Shown: one piece after another, positions 23,198 to 34,754 of the stretch
Layout: every line of letters starts with the position of its first letter
Numbering within the stretch: position 1 is the first letter of the stretch
Assembly: GCF_006345805.1 (NCBI RefSeq)
Contig: NC_043018.1
Coordinates: forward strand, 14,632,001-14,696,000
Source of the DNA: Octopus sinensis
Taxonomy: Eukaryota
Direction: 5' to 3'
Length of the DNA stretch: 64,000 bases
Position numbers and translations under genes: made by a program
Notes under the pieces: model-generated
What the model was told of the DNA's origin: nothing
Seen by the model: the letters and a program-made list of their open reading frames with translations, nothing else
Database searches by the model: none

Positions 23198-24790
23198 TAT
23201 GTATTATGTATTATGTATGTATGTATGTATGTATGTATGTATGTATGTATGTATGTATGTATGTGTGTATGTGTGTGCGCATACACACGCGCATGCATTC
23301 GTATTTTCATGTCAGTGAAATGATGTTAATTGTGAGAAAAATTCGCCCGTGTGAAAAACGCCAGATCGCAGCGTTTGTTAACGAGTCTGTTTAATGAGCT
23401 GAAGTACGTGTGACTCATTGACAGGGGTCAACAAAGGACCGGGCAGTGGTGAACGACACAGAGAGAAGAACCTTCTATCAAAGATGTCGATGCCGTTGCC
23501 ACTGACCTTTCTTTGAAAGCAAGGCGCACTTTGTATGACGTCATCAAAGACGATGTCTTAGCGAAAGTAGAATGGCGACGCGGCGGATTCCTGACGTCTA
23601 CGACAAAGACACAGAACCTGAATCATTATCAGACCAGTATGTGTGCTGACCGGAAACTGGTATTTTTTTTTTACCATTTCCTGTTTGCATAATAGTACAA
23701 AACCTGATGCACATTTCGTAGTTTTACAGTTTATAATTTTTTTGATTTTTAAAAAAAAATTCTATTATCTAAAATTTTATTTTATATATTTGTCGATTTT
23801 AATTGTAGAAGCACACACACACACACACATGCTTGTATGTATGTATGTATGTATGTATGTATGTATGTATGTATGTATGTATGTATGTATGTATTTATGT
23901 ATGTATGTATGTATGTATGTATTTATGTATGTATGTATGTATGTATGTATGTATGTATGTATGTATGTATGGTTGGATGGATGGATGAATATGTGTGTGA
24001 ATCTATGCATATATATATATATAATATAAATAATATATATATATATGCAAATATATACGCATACACACACACATACATATATATATGCATATATGGGTAC
24101 AGGACGCCACAAACTGTAAACAACATGAAATACGAAAACAAATAAGTTGAATGCGCAAACAACGAGACATTATATATATATATACATACATATATACATA
24201 CACACATATACATGCATAAATACAAACCTATCAACTGATATACAAACATATATACACGTAGATACATACACATGCATTACTGTACCCAATCGACTCCCTC
24301 TCTGGAAAGCATAACGTCTAGCACAGAGCGTGTACAAAACACACATCTCACGACACACATAGTCCAGACAACTGACGAAGGAAAAGGACAGGAGAAAGCT
24401 TGATTATATCCTCATAGGTATGATGGAAGACGAAGTAAAGCAAAGAAGGAAAGTGTGCTTATGATGTTCCCTGGTATCAAATTTGACGAATAAATGTCTA
24501 TTTATTCAATGAAATGTCTAACATGCTCATTGAATGAATGGGCAAAGTGGTTGCACATTTTACCGACACACATCTCCTTAACATAAGTCTCTTAACACTG
24601 TGCAGCAAGATTGGATATTGCAACTACTTCTACAGTCCGTCCGGTAGACTTCTATACAGTTTCCGTTTATCCAAGAGTACACACAAGGCACTTGAAGCTA
24701 TGAAAAGTACACCAATTCAAAATGCAGCAGGAATCGAACACGAAACTACATGGCTTCGAAGCAAGTTTCTTAACCGCTCATCCATGCCTA

Positions 24791-25045
24791 ATGGCGGCGT
24801 GTGGCTTGGTGGTCAGGGTGCTGAACTCATGATCGTAAGATTGTGGTTTCGATTCCTGGACTGGGCAACGCGTTATGTTCTTGAGCAAAAACACTTCATC
24901 TCACGTTGCTCCAGTTCACTCGGCTGGTGAAAATGAGTAACGCTGCGAGGGACCCGCGTCCCGTCCAGGTGGAGAATATATACGCCATGAAACCGAGAAA
25001 CCGGCCCTTATGAGCCGAGAAGGTTACTTTACTTTTACTTTTACA
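24791..25045 (+). mobile_element. SINE family D (tRNA head plus CORE-like domain)
   Basis: GGCGTGTGGCTTGGTGGTCAGGG...GTTTCGATTCCTGG...TGTTCTTGAGCAAAACACTTCATCTCACGTTGCTCCAGTTCACTCGGCTGGTGAAAATGAGTA. A related copy is at 54673. Confidence 0.8.
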
Positions 25046-25309
25046 TCCATACCTGCCTTCATGTCTCGCATGAAAGAATATTAGAGATCACAACAATAGT
25101 TTATTATCACCACATAAAACTTTGCTCAAAGGTCGCATGATGCTGCATGTCTCATCCAACACAAGATATTTACGGACGTCTTCGGGCTCACGACAAGATA
25201 TGCGTAACGACAGACGAGCAAAATCTTGGGGTTTTAATTTCCTCTTTTTTTTTTTTACTCATATCGTTTAATTATACTGTCTAATATGTATGTCTGTAGA
25301 TATGAATTC

Positions 25310-25720
25310 TTTTATTCTTTATGCTTTTATTTGTTTCGGTCATTTGACTGCGGCGATGCTGGAGCTTTGAAGGGTTTTAGTCGACCTCAGGACTTATTTT
25401 TTTTAAAAAGCCTAATACTTATTCTGTCAGTCTGTTTTGCTGAACCGCTAAGTTACAGGGACGTAAACACACCGACACTAGTTGTCAAGTGCTGATGGCG
25501 AAGGGTGGGGTGATAAACAGACACGAAGACACACACATTGATATATACATATCTATATATACGACGGGCTTTCAGTTTTCGTCTACCAAATCTACTCACA
25601 AGGCTTTTGTCGGCTCGAGGCAATAGAAGAAGACACTTGACTAAGGTGCCACGCAGTGGGACTGAACCTAGAACCATGTTGTTGGCGGGAAGCAAGTTTC
25701 TTACCACAGAGCCACGTCTC
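25310..25720 (-). mobile_element. SINE family B
   Basis: Head and tail motifs as at 17288-17685, reversed. Confidence 0.85.
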
Positions 25721-25874
25721 GTGCGTTGCTTTGCATGTATATATATACATGCATATGCATATATATATATATGCATGTATATATGTATATATGTATATAT
25801 ATATATATATATATAATATATATATATACACACACATATATAAGAGAGTGACCACTATATGGTCGACTCTAGCG

Positions 25875-25926
<52 letters not shown>

Positions 25927-26211
25927 AATGAGAGAAAGAGAGAGAGAGAGAGAATAGAGATACATGCATATACATGCATGCACACATACATATATACACG
26001 CATAACATATATGGAAAGCAGAAACTATAAAATTGCCGTTTAGAAATTTGACACCATAGGACGAGGGAAGAAGAGAAGGAAGTGAGAAAGAGGAATAAGC
26101 AAATAGAGAATAAATGATAGATGGAAAATAAAAGATGAAGGAAAGAATAGAAGGTATGCGAAGTAAGAATAAAGATTAAGTTGTAGATTTTATTATGTAA
26201 GGGGGTGGATA

Positions 26212-26970
26212 TTATTTGAAATAGCTGAAAGAGTGTTTTTTCCAGTGTAAACACCTGTAAACACGTTCTTTATAGGTGTTGACCAGTGTATGTTTGGAGA
26301 AGAGGATAAATATTTGTTCGTTCGTACAAAGAGGACAGAATGATTTCCTTTTATCATAGGGAAATGAGCTTGATAAATTTTTCCACTCCAAAGAAAATTG
26401 TTTGTTAGAGTCTTTGAGATGCCAAATTAGTTTACTAAGACCTGTCGAATTACGTTTATGAATGTATTTAAATGTGGAAAGGTGATTCGCGAAACGCCGT
26501 TTCAATTCTCTAGAAGCAAGTCCAATATAATAGTGTTCTTTAGATCCAGAGGTCATTTTGCATTGGTAAACAGCATTTGTAATTCTGCTGTTTCCGTTGA
26601 GAACACAAGTTTTATTCGGACCACAATTACAAGGACTATGACTGTTGGTACTATTTAAGGAATGATTATCGTTATTATTATTAATGTTATTACAGTTAAT
26701 AAGTGAAACCCTTTTATCTTTAATTATATAGTCGTTATGCGAGGATATAATCTGTGGAGGGTTATTGGGGTTGGAAAAGCTAATTCTGATACGGTTGGTG
26801 TTGAAAATGGAAAGGTACTTGGAATTTGGGGGAAAGTTCCTTTCGATAGCTTGACGAAATAGGTAGGAAAAGTTACTTTTAACTTGTTTTCCGAATGGAA
26901 CAATCAGCCAGATATTTTTACTAGGTTTATGCGATTTATGGAGAGATTTATTATTAAAAAACCAAACGAT
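26212..26970 (-). pseudogene. Penelope-like element ORF C-terminus (RT-EN linker plus GIY-YIG endonuclease), uninterrupted 252-codon frame
   Basis: Hand translation is open from 26970 to the stop at 26212: KNIWLIVPFGKQVKSNF...IFNTNRIRISFS...IISSHN...CNCGPNKTCVLNG...AVY...YYIG...KRRFANH...NSTGLSKLIWHLK...CPLCTNEQ...LVN...CLHWKKH. Confidence 0.85.
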
Positions 26971-27662
26971 TTAAAAAAAAAATTACATTGCCATTGTTGT
27001 GGCTGTTGTTGTTCTTCTTCTTATCTTTGTTTATTGTTCTTATCGGTTTTCATCAATGTTGTTGTTGTTATTGTTGATCTTCAATGTTATTGCCGTTATG
27101 ATTGTTGTTGTAGTATGGTTTTTGTTATTGTTTGTCAATTTTTGTTTGTTGTTCTTATTGTTTCTCAAAAATGTTGCTGATATTGTTGCTGTGCTGTAAT
27201 ATTTCTTGTCGTTGTCGTTGTTATTGTTGTTGTGACGCTGGTCTTTTATATTGCAATAGTTGTTGCTTTAACTATTATTGTTGTTGCTGCTGCTGCTGAT
27301 GATGATGATGAAGATGATCATGATGATGATCATCATCATCATTGTCGTCATGTAGTTTTAGTTGTTGTTGTTATTGTTTTAATGCCTGATCTCTGTATCG
27401 GACGGATGTGCCACCACTTCAAGTCAAGTGTTTACTCTGCTCTATTCCTCACCCTATTTGTCATGCCTTCCAAATGCTACCCGCCCCCCTTTATTTTTCA
27501 ATAATTCCTACCCCCCATCCTACTCGCTTGCACACCCTGATGTCTCTGTACCCACACCCTTCCTCTTCTATCTCACTCTCATTGATTTTGTCATCGGGTT
27601 TGTCTTGACTCCTCTCCACCGAATGATTTCATTGTGACTGTGTGATTTCTGACGACAGCAAT

Positions 27663-27892
27663 AGGGAGGAGGAGGAGGAGGAGGGGGAGGAAGAAGAAGA
27701 GGAATAGTAGAGGCGGAGGAGGAAGAGTAGAGGAGGAGGAAAAAGAGGAAGAGTAGAGGCGGAGGGGGAAGAGTAGAGGAGGAGGAAAAAGAGGAGGAGT
27801 AGAGACGGAGGGCGAAGAGTAGAGGAGGAGGAGGAAGAGTAGAGGCGGAGGAGGAAGAGTAGAGGAGGAGGAGGAAGAGTAGAGACGGAGTA
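27663..27892. repeat. Polypurine minisatellite (GAGGAGGAAGAGTAGAGGCG-like)
   Basis: About 230 bp almost entirely G/A on the plus strand, with repeated GAGTAGAG anchors. Confidence 0.9.
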
Positions 27893-28087
27893 TAATTAAT
27901 CTCATAGTAATTTGGTAGATGAATTCTAAAGATTTTATGGCTCCCAGAGATTATATGATAAATTGAGTCACGGTGGGATGTGAACTCAGAACGTAGTGAT
28001 AGATATTGGCTTCAAATTTTGGTACAATGCCGGCGTAAAATAAATATTAAATACCATACTACATTACTGATATTAAAAATCGGTAGA

Positions 28088-28690
28088 AGGCGGTGAGCTG
28101 GCAGAAACGTTAGAACGCCGGGCGAAATGCGTAGCCGTATTTCGTCTGCTGCTACGTTCTGAGTTCAAATTCCGCTGAGGACAACTTTGCCTTTCGTCCT
28201 TTCGGGGTCGATTAAATAAGTACCAGTTACGCACTGGGGGTCGATATAATCGACTTAATCCGTTTGCTTGTCCTTGTTTGTTCTCTCTGTGTTTAGCCCC
28301 TTGTGGGTAGTAAAGAAATAGAAATAGGTATTTCGTCTGCCGCTACGTTCTGAGTTCAAATTCCGCCGAGGTCGACTTTGCTTTTCATCCTTTCAGGGTC
28401 GATTAAATAAGTACCAGTTACGCACTGGGGGTCGATATAATCGACTTAATCCCTTTGTCTGTCCTTGTTTGTCCTCTGTGTATAGCCCCTTGTGGGTAGT
28501 AAAGAAATAAGGAACGTTAGCACGCCGGGCGGAATGCTTAACAGTATTTCGTCTGTCTTTACGTTTTGAGTTCAAATTCCACTGAGGTCGACTTTGCCTT
28601 TCATCCTTTCTGGGTCGATGAATTAAGTACTAATCAAGTACTGGAGTTAATGTGATCGACTAGTCCCTTCCCCCAAATTTCATCTATCAC
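28088..28690 (+). mobile_element. Three head-to-tail SINE family C copies
   Basis: TATTTCGTCTG...GAGTTCAAATTCC...GGTCGACTTTGC recurs at about 28137, 28329 and 28544. Only the first copy has the full head. Confidence 0.85.
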
Positions 28691-28989
28691 CCTATGTAGT
28701 ACAATGCATTTGCTGCTGTATCCTAATACTGTTAGCAGGAATGATTGATAACATTGAAACACGCAACAACAAAGCAATCTGAGGAGAGTGTTCGCTTGTG
28801 AGTGGCTCCAGCAAGCTTTTGTTGGCCATATTTTCCCATCACTCATTTACCAAACTAGGTTTCAGTTTTAGTTCAAAAGTGAGCCGCTCTTATCGGAAAT
28901 GATTGATGATGTCAAGGTATGCATCGATGGGGTTCACTCTCTAGAGAGTCTTGAATGCTATGCAACTGTAGCATTGCACGGGGCTCAGG

Positions 28990-29615
28990 TATTTTTTATG
29001 CATTTGTCTGCATGATTTTTTCAGGGGTAGTAGCCAATTATCTTCATGTAATACAACACAGACATTTAAATTGATAGGGTTTTTACTAAAGATGTGGACA
29101 GTACTTGTCAGCACAATCTTTTGAATTTCTCTGAGACATGGTTCTCCTGGGATATTAACTAGATGTTTCTGGCATCCCATTTTTATCATACCTAGGGCAC
29201 CCACAATAATAGGAACAGTTCTCACTTTAAGATGCCATATCTTTTGTATTTTAATATCCAGGTCCTTATATTTACTTCATTTGTCAAATTCCTTTACAGA
29301 TATATTTTTAACTGTGAGAACACTTACATCTATTAGTCTACAAGTATTTTCTTCCCTGTCTTTAATAATTATGCCTGGTCGATTAGCCTGGATTGTTCTG
29401 TTAGTGTTGACTGGAAAATTCCAGAGGATAGTGCTATTTTTACTTTCAACGACTGGCTCAGGGTGATGTTCATACCAGTAAACAGGAGTGCCAATTTTGT
29501 CGTGCTCACATATTTTCCAATGTAAATACTTTCCTACTCTATCATCGCGATTTTTATATTCGTTTGGTGTTAGCACAAAATATCCCGAGACACGTTGGTC
29601 TACTGTTTCATCAAA
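28990..29615 (-). pseudogene. R4/Dong-like LINE C-terminus (degenerate CCHC plus restriction-like endonuclease)
   Basis: ETVDQRVSG..LTPNEYKNRDDRVGKYLHWKIC...ANRPGIIIKD...CRLIDVSV...KEFDK...TVPIIVGALG matches the PD-(D/E)xK RLE pattern. Confidence 0.8.
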
Positions 29616-29644
29616 TTTATCGGAGAACTTACTTTTTTAATGAA

Positions 29645-29670
29645 ACATTACTACAACTACTACTACAACA

Positions 29671-29737
<67 letters not shown>

Positions 29738-29747
29738 TTATTATTAT
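29645..29747. repeat. (ACT)n/(ATT)n microsatellite
   Basis: Direct inspection. Confidence 0.9.
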
Positions 29748-30306
29748 TGAGTGAGAGAGCAGTACATGCCATCAAAGTGACACTGGGGTAAAATTTACGA
29801 AGCCCAGTATACCCACCATGACTACCCGTCTGATAAGGGTACACTAGGCACATGCAGCACAACCATATGTGCGCGACATAGTGATCTCATATCGAGATAA
29901 ACAGCGCATGAGCTTGCAGGTGGAGCCCAGTTAGAATTTTCTTCAGGTCGAGTAACCCATCCCGCTCAAAAGGTCCTTGAATAAGGGTTGTTTAAGGATG
30001 TTGAACGAAACACCCATGTTTCCAGAGGTGAATTATTCAAACTCCAAAAAATCCCTCTCAACACATGGCTATGATGCTCTCCCACTACTTCTGCTCATGA
30101 TCAGAGATGCACATATCGTCAGCCACTAAGGGACATGCTCAACTGGTTAAGGTCAAACAACTGACAAGCAAATCTGTGGTATTGAGCAGAATATTTGCTG
30201 TAGCCCATCTTTTATACCAAGACAAAACAATGTACATGATAACACTTCCAATCAGTTAAGATCAGAAGCCATGAGAGCCACTGTCTGGTACTGCATCAGG
30301 GCATTT
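29748..30306. mobile_element. Family E, full-length ~555-bp element flanked on both sides by (ATT)n
   Basis: GAGTGAGAGAGCAGTACATGCCATCAAAG...GCATCAGGGCATTT followed by (ATT)n. Other copies at 22425, 38476 and 41598-42155. Confidence 0.85.
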
Positions 30307-30759
30307 ATTATTATTATTATTATTATTATTGTTGTTGTTGTTGTTGTTGTTATTATTTAATGAATAAATGCCAGTCAAATATTTAGAAGACTAGAATGTA
30401 TTGTTTTTGCCTTAAAAACTTTTTGCATTTAGCCTATGTTAAACATTATTATTATTATTTTCGCGGGTAACACTGGTGGCAGTAGTTGTGGTGGCAGAGG
30501 TGTTAATAGGGCAGCAACAGCCGTCCACATGCATGACTGTTGTGAGATCAAATGAGAAGAAGAATTTAAGAATTGTTAATCTCTGAGTTGAAGTATGAAA
30601 ATTTAATTGTTTGGCCATGAGCAGAGTGTGGTGATGGTATGGGTGGGAAGATAGAAATGGTGAGAATAGGGAGTGAGAAAGAGAGAGAGAGAGAGTGAGT
30701 GAGAGAGAGGGTGAGAGATCACGTCAAGCTTTAACAAAACAACACACATTTTTTTTTAT

Positions 30760-31152
30760 TTTACTTGTTTCAGTCATTTGACTGCGGCCATGCTGGAGCA
30801 CCGCCTTTAGGCGAGCAAATCGACCCGGGACTTATCCTTTGTAAGCCCAGTACTTATTCTATCGGTCTCTTTTTGCCGAACCGCTAATTGACGGGGACGT
30901 AAACACACCAGCATCGGTTGCCAAGCAATGCTAGGGGGACAAACACAGACACACAAACACACATATACATACATATATATATAATATACATATATACGAC
31001 GGGCTTCTTTCAGTTTCCGTCTACCAAATCCACTCACAAGGCATTGGTCGGCCCGAGGCTATAGCAGAAGACACTTACCCAAGGTGCCACGCAGTGGGAC
31101 TGAACCCGGAACCATGTGGTTGGTTAGCAAGCTACTTACCACTCCTGCGCCT
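30760..31152 (-). mobile_element. SINE family B, near full length
   Basis: Head and tail motifs as at 17288-17685, reversed. Confidence 0.9.
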
Positions 31153-31269
31153 ATGTGGATATGTGGATAATTGTAGATACATATAATTTCATATATATAT
31201 TTCTATACGCACTCACGCAAGCACACACACACACACACCACACACACACACACACACACACGCACAGAT

Positions 31270-31490
31270 ATATTTCAAATTTCGGCACAAGGGGCTAGCA
31301 GTTTCGGGGACGGGGTTAAGTCGATTGTATCGACCCCAGTACTCAACTGGTACTTATCATATCAACCTCGAAAGGATGAAAATGCAAAGTCGACCTCAGC
31401 GGAATTTGAACTCAGGACGTGAAGGCGGAAGAAATACTGCAAAGCATTTTGCCAGGCCTGCTAACGACTCTGCCAGTTTGCAGCCTCATT
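31270..31490 (-). mobile_element. SINE family C
   Basis: Reverse complement GCTGCAAACTGGCAGAGTCGTTAGCAGG...GAGGTCGACTTTGCATTTTCATCCTTTCGAGG. Confidence 0.8.
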
Positions 31491-31544
31491 AATAATGATG
31501 ATGATGATGATGCTGATGACAATAATAATCACTAACTTTGTAGA

Positions 31545-32370
31545 TATATGTACTGCTATTTATTTGTATGTATGTGTGTATGCATGTATGTATGTATGTA
31601 TGTATGTATGTATTTATGTATGTATGTATGTATGTATGTATTTATGTATATATGTATGAATGTATGTATGTATGTATGTATGTATGTGTGTATGTATGTG
31701 TGTATGCATGTATGTATGTATGTATGTATGTATGTATGTATGTATGCATGTATGTATGTATGTATGTATGTATGTATGTATTTATGTATATATTTATGTA
31801 TGTATGTATGTATGTATTTATGTATGTATGCATGTATGTATGTATGTATGTATGTGTGTATGTATGTGTGTATGCATGTATGTATGTATGTATGTATGTA
31901 TGTATGTATGTATGTATGTATGTATGTATGTATGTATGTGTGTATGTATGTGTGTATGTATGTATGCATGTATGTATGTATGTATGCATGTATGTATGTA
32001 TGTGTGTATGTATGTATGTGTGTATGTATGCATGTATGTATGCATGTATGTATGTATGTATGTATGTATGTATATATGTATGTATGTATGTGTATATGTA
32101 TGTATGTGTATATGTATGTATGTATGTGTATAGGTATGTATGTATGTATGTATAAGTTTGGAATGCGCGAAACTTTGGGGCGTTCGAGTCACTCTGGGGA
32201 TATTGCAGATTAAATAAAAAACAATATATGTGTGTGTGCGTGTGTATGTTTGTGTGTGTGTGTATATATACCTATGTATGTATACACACGCATGTATGTG
32301 TGTGTGTATGTGTGTGTGTGTGTATGTGTGTGTGTATGTGTGTGTGTGTGTGTGTGTGTGTATGTATAAA
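31545..32370. repeat. Long (TATG)n/(TG)n microsatellite
   Basis: Direct inspection. It is the source of the MYVC-repeat ORFs. Confidence 0.95.
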
Positions 32371-32663
32371 CACACCAAAGAGAGGAGGGAGTATTAAAGA
32401 CAGGAGTGGAGAGGAAGAGAGATAGAGTTTCGAATTTAAAAAAAAAATTCTTTGTTCCGGTTAAAAAATAAACTCAAATACAAATACAAAAAACACCACC
32501 AAAAAAAAAAAAACTGTCGCTGGAAGTGTTTCATGTGCGAGAAAAGATGCTTTGTTTATTTTTTTAGGCCACAGCTGTGATTGTGGAAACAATAGAGAAA
32601 AACCAATCCCTTTTTACTGATTCTCCCTCAATACTCTGCTTCTCTGAGATAAGGCAAAACAAA

Positions 32664-32720
<57 letters not shown>

Positions 32721-32897
32721 TAATATATACACATACATTTATATGTCTATTTATATATATCTATATGCGTATCTATGTGTATATATCTCTGTGTTTGTGT
32801 ATATGTATGATATACATATGTATATATATATATGTATGTATATATGAATATATATATATATATGCTCAAACATATGTATGTATATATATAGATAGAG

Positions 32898-32956
<59 letters not shown>

Positions 32957-33294
32957 GTAAGAAAGAGAGAAAGTTACAAAGATTTATGGATATATGTATT
33001 TATGTATGTATATATTTGTATATATATATATGCACATATATATGTATGTATATGTGTGTGCATTTGTGTGTATGTGTTTGCGTGTGTGTGTATATGTGTG
33101 CGTGTGTGTGCGCGTGAGCGTGTCTGTGTGTGTGTGATGTAAATAAAATGAACAATAAAACAGGAGACAGGACATTTGACAAATAACGTATATTTTTAAC
33201 GCTTTAATGCAATGAGAAAACGCCTTAACGTTTCTGATGTTAGTCCTTCATCAGAATACACACTCGCGCACATACACACACGCACACGCACACG

Positions 33295-33351
<57 letters not shown>

Positions 33352-33463
33352 ACATAAGGGTATCTCCTTCGGCCATAGTTAATTCGGATGTCTATACTTA
33401 AAAATTCTTTTGGAAAATTTTTTCTGGAAGAGGCCTTTATGAATGAATATATTATCCACTCAC

Positions 33464-33478
33464 CGCCACTGATGAAAT
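33464..33478 (-). CDS. Candidate 15-nt frame-preserving micro-exon
   Basis: Minus strand reads TTTCGGTTTATCTCTCTCCTTTAG|ATTTCATCAGTGGCG|GTGAGT, a strong acceptor and a consensus donor. Confidence 0.35.
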
Positions 33479-33819
33479 CTAAAGGAGAGAGATAAACCGA
33501 AACCAGTGTCGTCATAATTGTTGTCGTCAGAACTCAAACAGCCAGAAAAAGATACCACAAGACATCCAATTCTCCAACACGGACAGCATCGCCAATCCAA
33601 CGCCCTAAATCAATAATTTTTATCGATCACAAAACAATGAAAGTCTGTTGCCCGCGGTGGTGTTTGAACTCAAAGTACATAGAGACGGTACAGATCTTTA
33701 AAAGCGCCGAATATGCATTTTCTTCATTTAAATAGTATCAAATATACGAAGCGTTGCCCTGCATACTGAACATGATGAAGCAGTGGCTTGCTGAACGAAA
33801 ATGACTGATTATATAAGAA

Positions 33820-34410
33820 ACTAACAGTATAGCCAGGCGTTGCTCGGGTTTCTTTTTTAGTTGCGCTTAAAACGGGCAGCTTTTGATGTCGCGTTAACAA
33901 AGTTTTGACATAGTTTCAATCTATGAATAAAAGTATAGTGTGGCGATGCTCGAGTTTGCTCTGAATGTGCTGCAAATGTGTAATGCCGACTTCAATTGTT
34001 GGTGTTGCTGGTTAATATTCCTTCTATTAACATTATGGAGAAAAACACTACCCGTAGATTTAAAGCAAAATGAAGCTTAAGTTTCGAACTGCACTGAAAA
34101 TCTATTAAGAAGTTAACACTGCAGCAGTAATTATTAAGAAAAGGCACACAGCAGTCAAAAAATCGTAAAAAAATAGGGATTTTCATAGAAAAAAAGCACC
34201 TTTTTGATGTAAATAATGTTTGGTCTTAACATAGTCCGATTTGAAATTTTTCTTCTGCGGAAGGAAGGGCAAGTCTTCTTCTATCATACTCTCGATTTTG
34301 GTCAACTTGCGCCGCAGGGTCTCGGAGGAGATAGTGTTAGTTGAAGGCTACCAACACCTGCCACACACACACACACACACACACACAACTTCAGCTTTAT
34401 AGATATAGAT
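33820..34410 (+). mobile_element. Lep1/HINE-like Helitron-family element (second subfamily)
   Basis: Starts ACTAACAGTATAGCCAGGCGTTGCTCGGG and ends (CA)n-ACTTCAGCTTTATAGATATAGAT. Confidence 0.6.
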
Positions 34411-34429
34411 TTATACGTTGTGCTTTTTG

Positions 34430-34620
34430 TTTCACAACCGTCGGAGCGTGAAGCGCTCCTCACGAACGCAGATCGTGAGGTGGTTCTGATCTGTAAACAG
34501 TTTTGAGTAGGAACCGGAAAAAGAAGAATGATTGCGCAATGCGCATGTGCGCACTGAATTCGTAAAACGGAAGAGAAGATTAAACACGCAATGTCAAGTT
34601 ATATAATGGTCTGTATGCCG
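34430..34620. promoter_or_regulatory. Candidate CpG-rich promoter-like segment
   Basis: TGCGCAATGCGCATGTGCGCA (NRF1/EWG-like) and ACCGGAAA / ACGGAAG (ETS-like) motifs in a locally CpG-rich unique sequence. Confidence 0.3.
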
Positions 34621-34705
34621 CGTCTGTATCACGCAGCTTTGCTGCAATTTTCTTGTTTGCATATCTGTTATAAAAAAAATCCGTTCTGTGTACGCGCGCG
34701 TGCGC

Positions 34706-34754
<49 letters not shown>

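Noticed and set aside
33221-33260. CTGATGA...GAAACGTTA on the minus strand as a hammerhead
   Set aside because: Stems I and II do not pair, so it is at best a decayed relic.
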